A stretch of 64,000 nt of DNA from the NCBI GenBank assembly GCA_963708075.1, contig OY970194.1, positions 7,136,001-7,200,000 on the forward strand. The letters run 5' to 3'. The position numbers and the translations under genes were made by a program. Position 1 is the stretch's first letter, and the number at the start of each line of letters is the position of its first letter. This document shows positions 9,493 through 18,875 of the stretch, one piece after another. The notes beneath the pieces were generated by a model. It did no database searches and was not told where the DNA came from. It saw only the letters and a list, made by a program, of their open reading frames with translations. The DNA comes from Sedimentisphaerales bacterium. Lineage in GTDB: Bacteria; Planctomycetota; Phycisphaerae; Sedimentisphaerales; Anaerobacaceae.

Positions 9493-12400
9493 GGAACCCG
9501 GTACAGGCAGATGTCATCGAAGTACACCAGGCCTGACCTGCCTGTTTGCGGGCCGTCCTTGTTGCCAAAGCCGATGGCGATCTGGCTTACATCCGTCAGA
9601 TTTACACCCTGGTCTGAGAATCCCTTCAGGTCGATGGTCCACTGGGTCCAGGTGTCGATCTGGGTCGCCTTGGGATCGCTGTGGTACACGACCGCACGCC
9701 GTGCACCATTGTTCACAGCCACATACATCGACGCGGGATCGTTGCTCGGCATCTCGACGCCGATGGCCTCATTCGTCCACGTCGCCCCAGTCACCGAGCC
9801 GGTGACCTTGATGTCGGAGAACCGGGCTTTGCACACCGCACCGGCTTTGTGACTGGTCAGGGCCAGGCCCACATACGCGTCGGCGGGCATGGAAATATTC
9901 TGCGGGTTCCACGCCATCGCCTGCCAGGTGACGCCATCGCTGGAGTAGTAACCGTTGAAGTTGTTGGCGTTATCGCGCTCCAGTTTCACCCAGTAAGGCG
10001 CCACGACTGCGTTCTGCTCGGGCGTCGCCACGGATGAGTCGCTCGTGGCCTCGGCGCTGAGGGCGAGCCTGCCCTGGAATCGACAACCGTAGCTGGGGGT
10101 GATGTACACGGCGGCATAAGGCGCAGTGGGATCCAGACTGCGGCGGATCATCACGCCGGCCTTGGACCACTCGTTGGTGTTCTGCACGCTGAGCACCCGG
10201 GCCACGATCGTGCCCGGCCCGGAGAGCTGCTTGTACATGAAGCGGAACTCGTCCGCCGTGCCGCCGATATCCTCGCCCGTGGCGGTCATTGCGTAGGTTC
10301 CCGTTGGTTCCTCCACGAGGCTTGACGGGAAGCCCTGGAACCACAGCGAGAGCACCTTGACACCCTGCTCCGTCCAGTCGCGCGGGGCCGTCAAGGCCAT
10401 GGCCGCCTCCGAGATCCCGGCGCTATTGTCATAAAAACATGGCATGGACTGGCGGCCGCCGTGGACGATGCTTGTCTCGACGAAATGCTCGCCCGCGTCG
10501 AAGTCCGGGTCCGGATAACCCACGGTAGACCCATTTGCCGGATCGTCCCACCCATCTATCCATGTCGAATAGATCCTGTTGCTTCCTTCATCTTCGGGAT
10601 TGATGTCATTGTAGGACTCAAAATCATCGATGAGGAGGAAGTCCGCAATGGTGAATTGCCAGAGCCTGCCGCGGGTGATCGTGCCATCGGTGTTGTACTC
10701 ATCGACCCGCCAGTAGTACGGCCCACCGGCCCATTGCACGCCTTCCGGCGGCGTGTAGCTGGTGTCACTTTGACGGCCGCGATAGATGCCCGTCTTGTCC
10801 GATGCGTCGGAGTTGGCGACGGCGTCTCGATCCGTCCCGAAGTAGATATCATGCTGGGCTGCGTTTTCCCCGGGCAGCCAGCGAAGGGGCAGTGCGCCCT
10901 TCAAATCAGGCGTGGATCCGTTTGCCGGGCTTGGCTCCCAGGCCACGTCTGACTCGCCTCTCATGATCTGCTTGATGTCCTGCGCGTCCAGCACGATGTT
11001 GTAGATGCGAACATCATCGACCATGCCCTTCCATCCGGCGGTGGTGCCCTGATCCTTGCCGCCCTTGCCGATGATCAACTTGGTGCACCCTGTGATGGGA
11101 CCGCTGGCCACATTGGGATCGGTTCTGCCTGTCGGCGTGTCTTCTGCCCCATCGATGTAGAACTTGATCACATCTCCGTTTTTCCAGGTCATGGCGACAT
11201 GCTGCCACTGGGTGGTTTGCCTCTTGTTGGAACTCTCCAACTGGCCGCCCCACAGCTCCTTTTCATTCGGGTCCAGGTCCGGCAGCGTGGCGGTCACACC
11301 CAGCTTGAATACATTCGTGCCTCCGTAGCTCGCCCCGGCAGCGTCGTGGCGCATCGTCACCATCTGGTCGCTGCCATCGGGGTCCTCACAATTGATGAAT
11401 CCCCGATCCGTGCCAATCTGATCGGCTTTGATCCACATGCAGACGGTGATCGCGCTCAATCCGTTGAGATATTCGGCTGCGGTTTCATCGACGACATCGT
11501 CGCCATCGCCGCCGAAATACAGGGCCCCGCCGACGCGGCCGTCCGGCTTCAATGTAGCGCCCTGGACAGTCCCGAAGTGATCGTAGCCGGAATAATCCGT
11601 CACCGTGTTGCGGAGAATCTCATCGAATTTCCACCAGCAAAGAAGGTTGGGGTCGGTGATGGGCACCAGGGGGATCGTTTTGAAACTCCAAATCTCGCCC
11701 CTGTGGACATTCACGCCGTCGAATTCATCGACTCGCCAGTAGTACGTCGTGTCCTTTGCCAGGATAATAGGGGCATAGTTTGCGTCCGTCTGCGGGGCGC
11801 CCCCCGTGGCGGTGTTCACGTCGTCGAAATCGGCATCGAGGTATACGATGTGCGATTTTGCCTCGAATCCCGGGGTCCAGGTAAGGACGACATCCGGATA
11901 GATAAAATCGGCCTCATCGGCGGGGTACGGGCTCCGGGCGGTCCATGGCGGAATCGTGAAGCTCCACATGTCGCCTTTCCAGGGGCTGTCAGGATGAACA
12001 TCGTTGACCTCGTCGATCCGCCAGTAGTAAGTCGTGCCGGGGACGAGGCCGTCCGGATAAGGATTGCCGGGCGCACCTATAATGAACTGTGTCTCCTTCG
12101 TGTTGCCTTGGAGTGTTCCACCGGCGCTGTTGAGGATATCGTCGGCATTCTCGCCAAAGTAGACACTGTGCGAGACGGCGAAGTCCCCGGCGATCCAGCT
12201 CAGGGTAACCTGTCTGTTGGCGTAGAGGGCGCCGGTCGCCGGGAATGCACTATATGCCATGGGCATGGGGATCCTGGTGATGTGCAGGAACAAGAGCTTG
12301 CATTTGATTCCGCCGGGCGCCGGCTTGATCGTCAAACGACCGTCGGTCACAGTGACAGTCCCGTTGTACTCGTCGTACTTATCCAGACCGTCCGGGTCGG

Positions 12401-12785
12401 TGAAGATCAGGCCTTCCACGTCAATGGTGTCAATCTGGTCGGTGTACGCTGCGTCGCCGCACGCGACAAAGACCTTGTAACCCCCCGTGGGCAACTCGAT
12501 CTCCCAGGTCCGGGCTCCGCTCTCCTGCATCTGGACCACCGTGTCGTAGCGCCCGTCGAAGGACACGCCTCGCTTGCGGGCGGCGCCGGTGATGTCCATA
12601 TCCCAGCCATAGCTGAAGCCATTGCCTCGGTCTGCGAATATTTCGCCGAAGTCGGCAAGATAACCCTTTGGAATCGCTGCGGTGCTGGGCTGGAAGTTGA
12701 TCTTCACTTCCAGGCTCTGGGCCGCATTCGCCGCCAGGATGGGCAACATCACAAAGGAAACCACAAGAGCCAGCTCTCTACGCAT
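9489..12785 (-). CDS. Secreted multi-module LamG-like jellyroll protein
   Basis: Signal peptide; N-terminal KINFQP...GYL.D.G..F.DRGNG.SYGW module; three YYWR(I/V)DE..G..W.F modules; LamG (WWKFDE, WQHVAMTW, GMVDDVRIYN); C-terminal IDDFESYND...YFDDI.LY domain. Confidence 0.85.
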   Translation of the reverse strand: MRRELALVVSFVMLPILAANAAQSLEVKINFQPSTAAIPKGYLADFGEIFADRGNGFSYGWDMDITGAARKRGVSFDGRYDTVVQMQESGARTWEIELPTGGYKVFVACGDAAYTDQIDTIDVEGLIFTDPDGLDKYDEYNGTVTVTDGRLTIKPAPGGIKCKLLFLHITRIPMPMAYSAFPATGALYANRQVTLSWIAGDFAVSHSVYFGENADDILNSAGGTLQGNTKETQFIIGAPGNPYPDGLVPGTTYYWRIDEVNDVHPDSPWKGDMWSFTIPPWTARSPYPADEADFIYPDVVLTWTPGFEAKSHIVYLDADFDDVNTATGGAPQTDANYAPIILAKDTTYYWRVDEFDGVNVHRGEIWSFKTIPLVPITDPNLLCWWKFDEILRNTVTDYSGYDHFGTVQGATLKPDGRVGGALYFGGDGDDVVDETAAEYLNGLSAITVCMWIKADQIGTDRGFINCEDPDGSDQMVTMRHDAAGASYGGTNVFKLGVTATLPDLDPNEKELWGGQLESSNKRQTTQWQHVAMTWKNGDVIKFYIDGAEDTPTGRTDPNVASGPITGCTKLIIGKGGKDQGTTAGWKGMVDDVRIYNIVLDAQDIKQIMRGESDVAWEPSPANGSTPDLKGALPLRWLPGENAAQHDIYFGTDRDAVANSDASDKTGIYRGRQSDTSYTPPEGVQWAGGPYYWRVDEYNTDGTITRGRLWQFTIADFLLIDDFESYNDINPEDEGSNRIYSTWIDGWDDPANGSTVGYPDPDFDAGEHFVETSIVHGGRQSMPCFYDNSAGISEAAMALTAPRDWTEQGVKVLSLWFQGFPSSLVEEPTGTYAMTATGEDIGGTADEFRFMYKQLSGPGTIVARVLSVQNTNEWSKAGVMIRRSLDPTAPYAAVYITPSYGCRFQGRLALSAEATSDSSVATPEQNAVVAPYWVKLERDNANNFNGYYSSDGVTWQAMAWNPQNISMPADAYVGLALTSHKAGAVCKARFSDIKVTGSVTGATWTNEAIGVEMPSNDPASMYVAVNNGARRAVVYHSDPKATQIDTWTQWTIDLKGFSDQGVNLTDVSQIAIGFGNKDGPQTGRSGLVYFDDICLYRVP

Positions 12786-13087
12786 GATCGTCCTCCTTCA
12801 CCGTGTGTCGGTACGCCTCTTGAACGTGCTATTCCTGGCGGAACAACACGTCGTTTTTCGATTGTAGAGGCATCCAAAAGCCGCAGATTATACCCCTATT
12901 TATACCAGACTCGCCATCTTGCGGTCAAGGAGAAAAACAGTGTCCCGGCCGGGCGATCAGGGGTAAGATATCCCCGCCACAGCTCGTCAATTGTGACAAG
13001 TGGGCTGGTCCGGGACGACGGATGGAAAAAGACCGTGAACGACGATTATACTGTGGGTCTTTGGAGCGGTGTCGAGGGCACGTAGAA

Positions 13088-16000
13088 ATGTGGTTACGTT
13101 ACTTCCTGTTTCTGGCCGTCTGTTTCGCAGGCGCCAACGTCTATGGGGCCGGCAGAGGGTTGGCCGATACGTCGGCCAGTCCCCACGTCAAGCTGCGAAG
13201 CGTCGATATCGACGCCGTGCGATGGACTGACGGGTTCTGGGCCGAGCGATTCGACTGGTGTCGCAAGGTCGTCATTCCGAACATGTGGCGGCTGCTCGAA
13301 GACCCCAATATCAGCCACGCTTATGAGAACTTCCTCGTCGCTGCCGGCCGGAAAGAGGGCAGACATTGCGGACCCAAATGGCACGATGGCGACTTCTTCA
13401 AGTGGTTGGAGGCCGTGGCGTTTGTCTATGCGACGACCCACGACGAGGAACTGGATCGGCAGATGGATAGCATCATCGAGGTCATCGGCAAGGTCCAGCG
13501 CGAGGATGGATACATTCACACTCCGGCCATAATCGCCCAGCGGCAGCACTTACCCCAGGCCAATGAATTCCTGGATCGCCTGGACTTCGAGACCTACAAC
13601 ATGGGGCACCTGATGACCTGTGCCTGCACGCATTACCGCGCGACGGGAAAGACCGACCTGCTGGACATTGCGAAGAAAGCCGCGGAATTCCTCTATCGAA
13701 CCTGCAACGACTCCCCCGACACGCTTGCGGGCAACGCCATCTGCCCGTCTCATTACATGGGCGTGGTGGAGATGTACCGCACGACTGGCGATCCAAAGTA
13801 TCTTGAATTGGCCCGCAGCCTGATCGACATTCGCGATCGGGCCAAGGGGGGCACGGATGACAATCAGGACCGGATTCCTTTTCGCCAACAGACGCAGGCC
13901 GTCGGGCATGCCGTCAGGGCGAACTACCTTTATGCCGGCGCCGCCGACGTGTACGCGGAGACGGGCGACGCATCCCTGCTCAGTGCCCTGGAGAAGATCT
14001 GGCAGGATGTCGCTTTGCGGAAGATGTACGTGACCGGGGCCACGGGCGCGCTATACAACGGAGCTTCGCCGGATGGCTCGAAGGCCCAGTCCTCGATCCA
14101 ACCCGTGCATCAGGCCTACGGCCGCGCATATCAGTTGCCCAACATCACCGCACACAACGAGTCATGTGCCACGGTGGGTTTCGTCCTGTGGAACTGGCGC
14201 ATGCTGGCCGTCACGGGTCAGACGCGGTTCGCGGATCTGCTCGAGCTGGCGCTGTACAATGCTGTGCTGGCGAGCATCAGCCTCGATGGGAAGGAGTTCT
14301 TCTACACGAACCCGCTGGCGAGGGTGGACGACCTGCCGTTCGAGCTGCGCTGGTCGCGCAAACGTGAGCCGTATATAAGCTGTTTCTGTTGCCCGCCCAA
14401 CATCGTTCGCACGATTGCCGAGACGGCCGCCTACGCGTACAGCGTGTCCGACGAAGGCGTGTGGGTCAACCTCTACGGCAGCAACGTACTCGACACTCGC
14501 CTCCCCGGCGGTGGGGCGGTCAAGCTGCGACAACAGACTCAGTATCCGTGGGAGGGCACAATCCGGATCGCTCTGGACAGCGTGCCGCCAGCGGAGTTCT
14601 CGCTGTTTCTGCGGGTCCCCGGCTGGGCGGAAGATGCCCGCGCGAGCATCAATGGCAAGCCGATGGGCAAAGACCTGGAATCGGGACAGTATTTCGAGAT
14701 TCGTCGCTCGTGGTCGGCCGGGGACCAGATCGAGCTTGTCCTGCCCATGCCCGTGCAGTTGCTGGAGGCGCATCCCCTCGTCGAGGAAGCGCGCAACCAG
14801 GCCGCGGTGCGTCGCGGGCCGATTGTCTACTGCCTGGAATCGGTGGACCTGCCGGAGAATGTCAAGCTCGCCAACGTGGCCATCTCTCCTGACCACCAGT
14901 TTGCAGAGACGAACGACTTTGTATCTCTACCCGGGGCGGAGGTCATTCTGGAAGGAAAAGCTTGTGTTTCCGCCGGTGGTGGCTGGGACAACACTCTTTA
15001 TCGAAAGGTATCCTCCGAAGAACCGACGGCGATTGACCTGCGACTGATTCCTTATTACGCCTGGGGCAACCGGGGCGATTCCGAGATGAGCGTCTGGATG
15101 CCTCTGGCCGGTAGGGGCGAAACATCTTCCGCTCCCATGTTTGTCCTGGATGCAGGGATATTCAAGCATCACGTCGATTTCTTCAACAGCATGGAGCCCG
15201 AGAACATTGTCAACTACATCCCCAACCGGCAATCGTGGGCTTGGATGAAAGACAATGTACCATTCTTCGAGTGCCCCGACAAGAGCTTCGAGCAGGTGTA
15301 CTACTACCGGTGGTGGGCGTTCCGCAAGCATCTGAAGAAGACGCCGGATGGCTTCGTCTTCACGGAGTTCCTGGATAAGGTCGGTCACAGCGGCGAGCAC
15401 AATACGATAAGCTGCGCGCTGGGACATCACCTCTATGAAGGCACCTGGCTGCGCGACAGGCGGTACATCGACGAGTATGCCCGGTTCTGGTACGTGGGCC
15501 ACGAGGGTGGCCTGCAGCCGCACTTGCATAAATACAGCAACTGGGCGACGTGGGCGCTCTATCGCAAATACCTGGTCGACCACGACAGGGCTTTTCTAAC
15601 AAGCCTGCTGGACGCCTTCATTGCCGATTATCAAGGATGGGTACAGGAGCGGGGGGCGGCGAACGGCTTATTCTGGCAATATGACGTGCGTGACGGCATG
15701 GAGGAGTCGATCAGCGGCGCGAGAAAAATCCAGAACATCCGGCCTCCTTTGAACTGCTACATGTACGCGAACGCACTGGCGATATCGAAGGTGGCCCAAA
15801 TGGCGGGACGCGACGAGGTTGCCAGGGAATACGCGGGGAAGGCGTCAAGGCTGAAGTCCCTCGTGCATGGGCTGCTGTGGGATGACGAGGCGAAGTTCTT
15901 CAAAGTGCGGCGTCCGGATGGCGGGTTGGCCGACGTGCGCGAGGAGATCGGGTTTATCCCCTGGTATTTCGATTTGCCTGACCCGGGATGTGAGCAGGCG

Positions 16001-16600
16001 TGGCAGCAGCTTCTGGACCCGCAGGGATTTGCGGCCCCGATGGGCATCACGACGGCGGAGCGCAGGCACCCTCAATTCCGAAGTCACGGCGTGGGAACTT
16101 GCGAGTGGGACGGAGCCGTCTGGCCCTTTGCGACGAGCCAAACGCTCACAGGACTGGCCAACGTCCTTCACAAGGGAACGGGCGGGTTTGAAACCCGCCC
16201 CTACTTCGATGCCTTGCTTACGTACGCACGTTCGCATCAGTATCGGGGCAAGCCCTACATCGGCGAGTACCTCGATGAGCAGGACGGCACCTGGTTAAAG
16301 CCGGACTCAGATCGCAGCCGCTACTACAATCACTCGACGTTCTGCGACCTGGTGATCAGCGGTCTGGTGGGGCTCATGCCTCGCGAGGATGACACGGTTG
16401 TAATCGATCCCCTGGTCCCCGCCGATGCGTGGGACTGGTTCTGCCTTGACAACGTGTCCTATCACGGCCGGACGCTGACCATCCTGTGGGATCGGACCGG
16501 CGACAAATACCATAAGGGCGCCGGCCTGCGGGTCTTCGCTGATCGTGTGGAAATCGCCCGATCGGATGCATTGACCCGTGTTGCCGGCAAGCTCCCTTGA
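13088..16600 (+). CDS. Fusion: GH127 (aceric-acid hydrolase/beta-L-arabinofuranosidase-like) + C-terminal (alpha/alpha)6 GH142/MGH1-like hydrolase
   Basis: Signal peptide from ATG 13088. GH127 motifs ETYNMGHL, GHAVRANY, HNESCA, CFCCPPN, IPYYAWGNR. Second domain after ~15130: FECPD..FEQVYYYRWW, DGMEES, CEWDGAVWPFATSQTL, YNHSTFCDL. Confidence 0.85.
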   Translation: MWLRYFLFLAVCFAGANVYGAGRGLADTSASPHVKLRSVDIDAVRWTDGFWAERFDWCRKVVIPNMWRLLEDPNISHAYENFLVAAGRKEGRHCGPKWHDGDFFKWLEAVAFVYATTHDEELDRQMDSIIEVIGKVQREDGYIHTPAIIAQRQHLPQANEFLDRLDFETYNMGHLMTCACTHYRATGKTDLLDIAKKAAEFLYRTCNDSPDTLAGNAICPSHYMGVVEMYRTTGDPKYLELARSLIDIRDRAKGGTDDNQDRIPFRQQTQAVGHAVRANYLYAGAADVYAETGDASLLSALEKIWQDVALRKMYVTGATGALYNGASPDGSKAQSSIQPVHQAYGRAYQLPNITAHNESCATVGFVLWNWRMLAVTGQTRFADLLELALYNAVLASISLDGKEFFYTNPLARVDDLPFELRWSRKREPYISCFCCPPNIVRTIAETAAYAYSVSDEGVWVNLYGSNVLDTRLPGGGAVKLRQQTQYPWEGTIRIALDSVPPAEFSLFLRVPGWAEDARASINGKPMGKDLESGQYFEIRRSWSAGDQIELVLPMPVQLLEAHPLVEEARNQAAVRRGPIVYCLESVDLPENVKLANVAISPDHQFAETNDFVSLPGAEVILEGKACVSAGGGWDNTLYRKVSSEEPTAIDLRLIPYYAWGNRGDSEMSVWMPLAGRGETSSAPMFVLDAGIFKHHVDFFNSMEPENIVNYIPNRQSWAWMKDNVPFFECPDKSFEQVYYYRWWAFRKHLKKTPDGFVFTEFLDKVGHSGEHNTISCALGHHLYEGTWLRDRRYIDEYARFWYVGHEGGLQPHLHKYSNWATWALYRKYLVDHDRAFLTSLLDAFIADYQGWVQERGAANGLFWQYDVRDGMEESISGARKIQNIRPPLNCYMYANALAISKVAQMAGRDEVAREYAGKASRLKSLVHGLLWDDEAKFFKVRRPDGGLADVREEIGFIPWYFDLPDPGCEQAWQQLLDPQGFAAPMGITTAERRHPQFRSHGVGTCEWDGAVWPFATSQTLTGLANVLHKGTGGFETRPYFDALLTYARSHQYRGKPYIGEYLDEQDGTWLKPDSDRSRYYNHSTFCDLVISGLVGLMPREDDTVVIDPLVPADAWDWFCLDNVSYHGRTLTILWDRTGDKYHKGAGLRVFADRVEIARSDALTRVAGKLP
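16178..16204. repeat. REP-like palindrome inside CDS (identical to 35099-35125)
   Basis: acgggcgggtttgaaacccgcccctac, i.e. GTAGGGGCGGGTTTCAAACCCGCCCGT on the minus strand. Confidence 0.85.
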
Positions 16601-16632
16601 CGCAGAGAGGAAATCCGGACTATGGTGTAGCC

Positions 16633-17562
16633 ATGAAGTCAGATTCACAGAGAATTGCCGCAGGTGCGGGCAGGCCCGCCGCAGAGCCGGTCGGTCTGAT
16701 CGGGCTTGGTCTGATGGGTGCGGCCCTGGCCGAGCGGCTGCACAGCGGCGGCCTCGACATCCGGGGATACGACATCGATCCCGGTCGGAATGATCTTCTC
16801 CGCCGGATTGGTGGTGAGCCCGCATCCAGCGCTGCGGCTATTGCCTCCGCCTGCGGCAGGATTCTCCTGAGCCTGCCGGACAGCGACGTTGTGGAGGCTG
16901 TGCTTGCCGATATGGGCCCGTCTCTGATCGCGGGGCGGATCATCATTGACACGTCCACGGGCGATCCGGAACGTGCCGTGGCGATAGGCCGGCGGCTGGC
17001 CGAGCGAGGGATCTGCTACCTGGACGCCACAATCTCCGGCAGCAGCCAGCAGGTTCGTGAGGGGCAGGCCGTGGTTCTGGCGGGCGGCCCGGCGGCCGCG
17101 TTCGAGCAGTGCAAGGACTTGTTCCGGCTGTTTGCCCGTCGCTGGTTTCATCTCGGGCCCTGCGGCAGTGGCTCGCAGATGAAACTCGTCAGCAATCTCG
17201 TGCTGGGCCTGAATCGTGCCGCGCTGGCGGAAGGGCTATGGCTGAGCGAGGCCCTGGGATTGGACGTGCAGATTGTGCTGACGGTGCTGCGCGAAAGCAT
17301 GGCGTATTCGCGGATCATGGACACGAAAGGCGAGAAAATGATCCGCGGCGATTTCGAGCCTCAGGCCCGATTGTCACAACACCACAAGGACGTTCGCCTG
17401 ATGCTCCAGGCCGCCGCCGGAGCGGGCACGGACTTGCCGTTGACCCGGGCCCACGCTCGCTTGCTGGAACTGGCCGAGAACGCCGGCTACGGGGCTCAGG
17501 ACAACAGCGCCATCATCCGCGCCTTCGAACACCTCGATACGGAGCGTGGGGGCAGACCCTAA
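16633..17562 (+). CDS. NAD(P)-dependent beta-hydroxyacid dehydrogenase (3-hydroxyisobutyrate/tartronate semialdehyde reductase family)
   Basis: GLIGLGLMG, DTSTG, DATISGS, GSGSQMKLVSN, KDVRL. Confidence 0.9.
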   Translation: MKSDSQRIAAGAGRPAAEPVGLIGLGLMGAALAERLHSGGLDIRGYDIDPGRNDLLRRIGGEPASSAAAIASACGRILLSLPDSDVVEAVLADMGPSLIAGRIIIDTSTGDPERAVAIGRRLAERGICYLDATISGSSQQVREGQAVVLAGGPAAAFEQCKDLFRLFARRWFHLGPCGSGSQMKLVSNLVLGLNRAALAEGLWLSEALGLDVQIVLTVLRESMAYSRIMDTKGEKMIRGDFEPQARLSQHHKDVRLMLQAAAGAGTDLPLTRAHARLLELAENAGYGAQDNSAIIRAFEHLDTERGGRP

Positions 17563-17570
17563 GCGGTCGG

Positions 17571-18857
17571 ATGGAGAGCGAGGACATGACTCAAATCTCG
17601 ATTGATTCCTCTTCGTTGACCCTTTCGCGGAAGGCGAGGCTCATTGTCCTGTTCGCCGCCTTCAGCGGCCTGCTCTTCGACGGCATAGAGCTTGGCCTGA
17701 TGCCGATCGCGTCCCTCTCCGTCACGAAGAGTCTGCTTGGAGACCGTTTTACAGATGTCTTGGCGGGAGACTGGTTCGCGCGTTTCACGGCGAGCTTGAT
17801 GCTTGGCGCGGCAGTCGGCGGCATCGTGTTCGGAGCGTTGGGCGACCGCATCGGGCGCACGCGGGCCATGGGGGTGAGCATCCTCTTCTACTCCGTCTTT
17901 TCGGGAATGGGATGGCTGGTCGGCAGCCTGGAGCAAATGCTTGTGCTTCGCTTCTGTGTGGGGCTTGGCGTCGGCGGCATGTGGCCTAATGGCGTGGCGC
18001 TGGTCTCCGAATGCTGGCCGAACGTGTCGCGGCCCATCGTGGCGGGGATCATTGGCGCCGGCCTGAACACCGGTATTCTGCTGCTTTCTCAAATCGCTCG
18101 CATCTGGCACATCACGCCTGACTCGTGGCGGTGGCTCTTCGGCTGGAGCGCTGTGCCCGGCTTGCTCGGGGTCGTGGCGCTGTACTTCGTGCCGGAATCG
18201 CCGCGGTGGTTGTCCGCTCGCGCAGCAACAGTCAAACGGACGGTCACACCTCTGCGCGAGTTGTTTCGTCCGCCGTTGCTGCGGGTCACGCTTCTTGGCA
18301 TTGTCCTCGGCTCGATTCCCATGATCGGTGCCTGGGCGGCAAGCAAGTGGATGATTCCCTGGGCGGACAAGATCGGCGGGGCCGCACAGCCGGGGTACAA
18401 AGCGGTCACGCAAGGCTTCTGGGCACTGGGGGCCGTGCTTGGCAGCTTCTTCGGCGCCCAGCTTGCCGGCATGCTCGGCCGGCGGCTCTCATATTTTCTG
18501 ATCAGCCTGGGCTCTGCGGCGTTGACCAGCGGTCTTTTCCTTCTCACGGCTCCATTGGAGTCTGCCTTTCTGCCGATGGCTTTCGCGCAGGGCTTCATCG
18601 CAACGCTATTTTTCGGCTGGCTCCCGCTATATCTTCCCGAGCTGTTTCCGACGAAGGTGCGTGCCACGGGCAGCGGCATTGCGTACAATACCGGGCGATT
18701 CGCCACCGCCGGCGGGGTGTTCGCCGCGGGCACGTTGGTCGTCTGGTTTGGCGGTGACTTCGCTAAAGTGGGTGCGGTGATGGGCCTGATCTACGCCCTC
18801 GGCATGGTGGCCATCTGGTGGGCGCCGGAGACATCGAACAAGGACTTGCCGGACTGA
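17571..18857 (+). CDS. MFS transporter
   Basis: About 12 hydrophobic segments; motif A GALGDRIGR, VPESPRWL, PELFPTKVRATGSG. Start is 17571 or 17586. Confidence 0.92.
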   Translation: MESEDMTQISIDSSSLTLSRKARLIVLFAAFSGLLFDGIELGLMPIASLSVTKSLLGDRFTDVLAGDWFARFTASLMLGAAVGGIVFGALGDRIGRTRAMGVSILFYSVFSGMGWLVGSLEQMLVLRFCVGLGVGGMWPNGVALVSECWPNVSRPIVAGIIGAGLNTGILLLSQIARIWHITPDSWRWLFGWSAVPGLLGVVALYFVPESPRWLSARAATVKRTVTPLRELFRPPLLRVTLLGIVLGSIPMIGAWAASKWMIPWADKIGGAAQPGYKAVTQGFWALGAVLGSFFGAQLAGMLGRRLSYFLISLGSAALTSGLFLLTAPLESAFLPMAFAQGFIATLFFGWLPLYLPELFPTKVRATGSGIAYNTGRFATAGGVFAAGTLVVWFGGDFAKVGAVMGLIYALGMVAIWWAPETSNKDLPD

Positions 18858-18875
18858 TTGTGGAGGTACATCGAT

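Noticed and set aside
11199..13085. Long antisense ORFs (also 36178-38238, 18627-20033, 53756-55165, 59916-61166)
   Set aside because: These are shadows of well-supported genes on the opposite strand, as expected at high GC.
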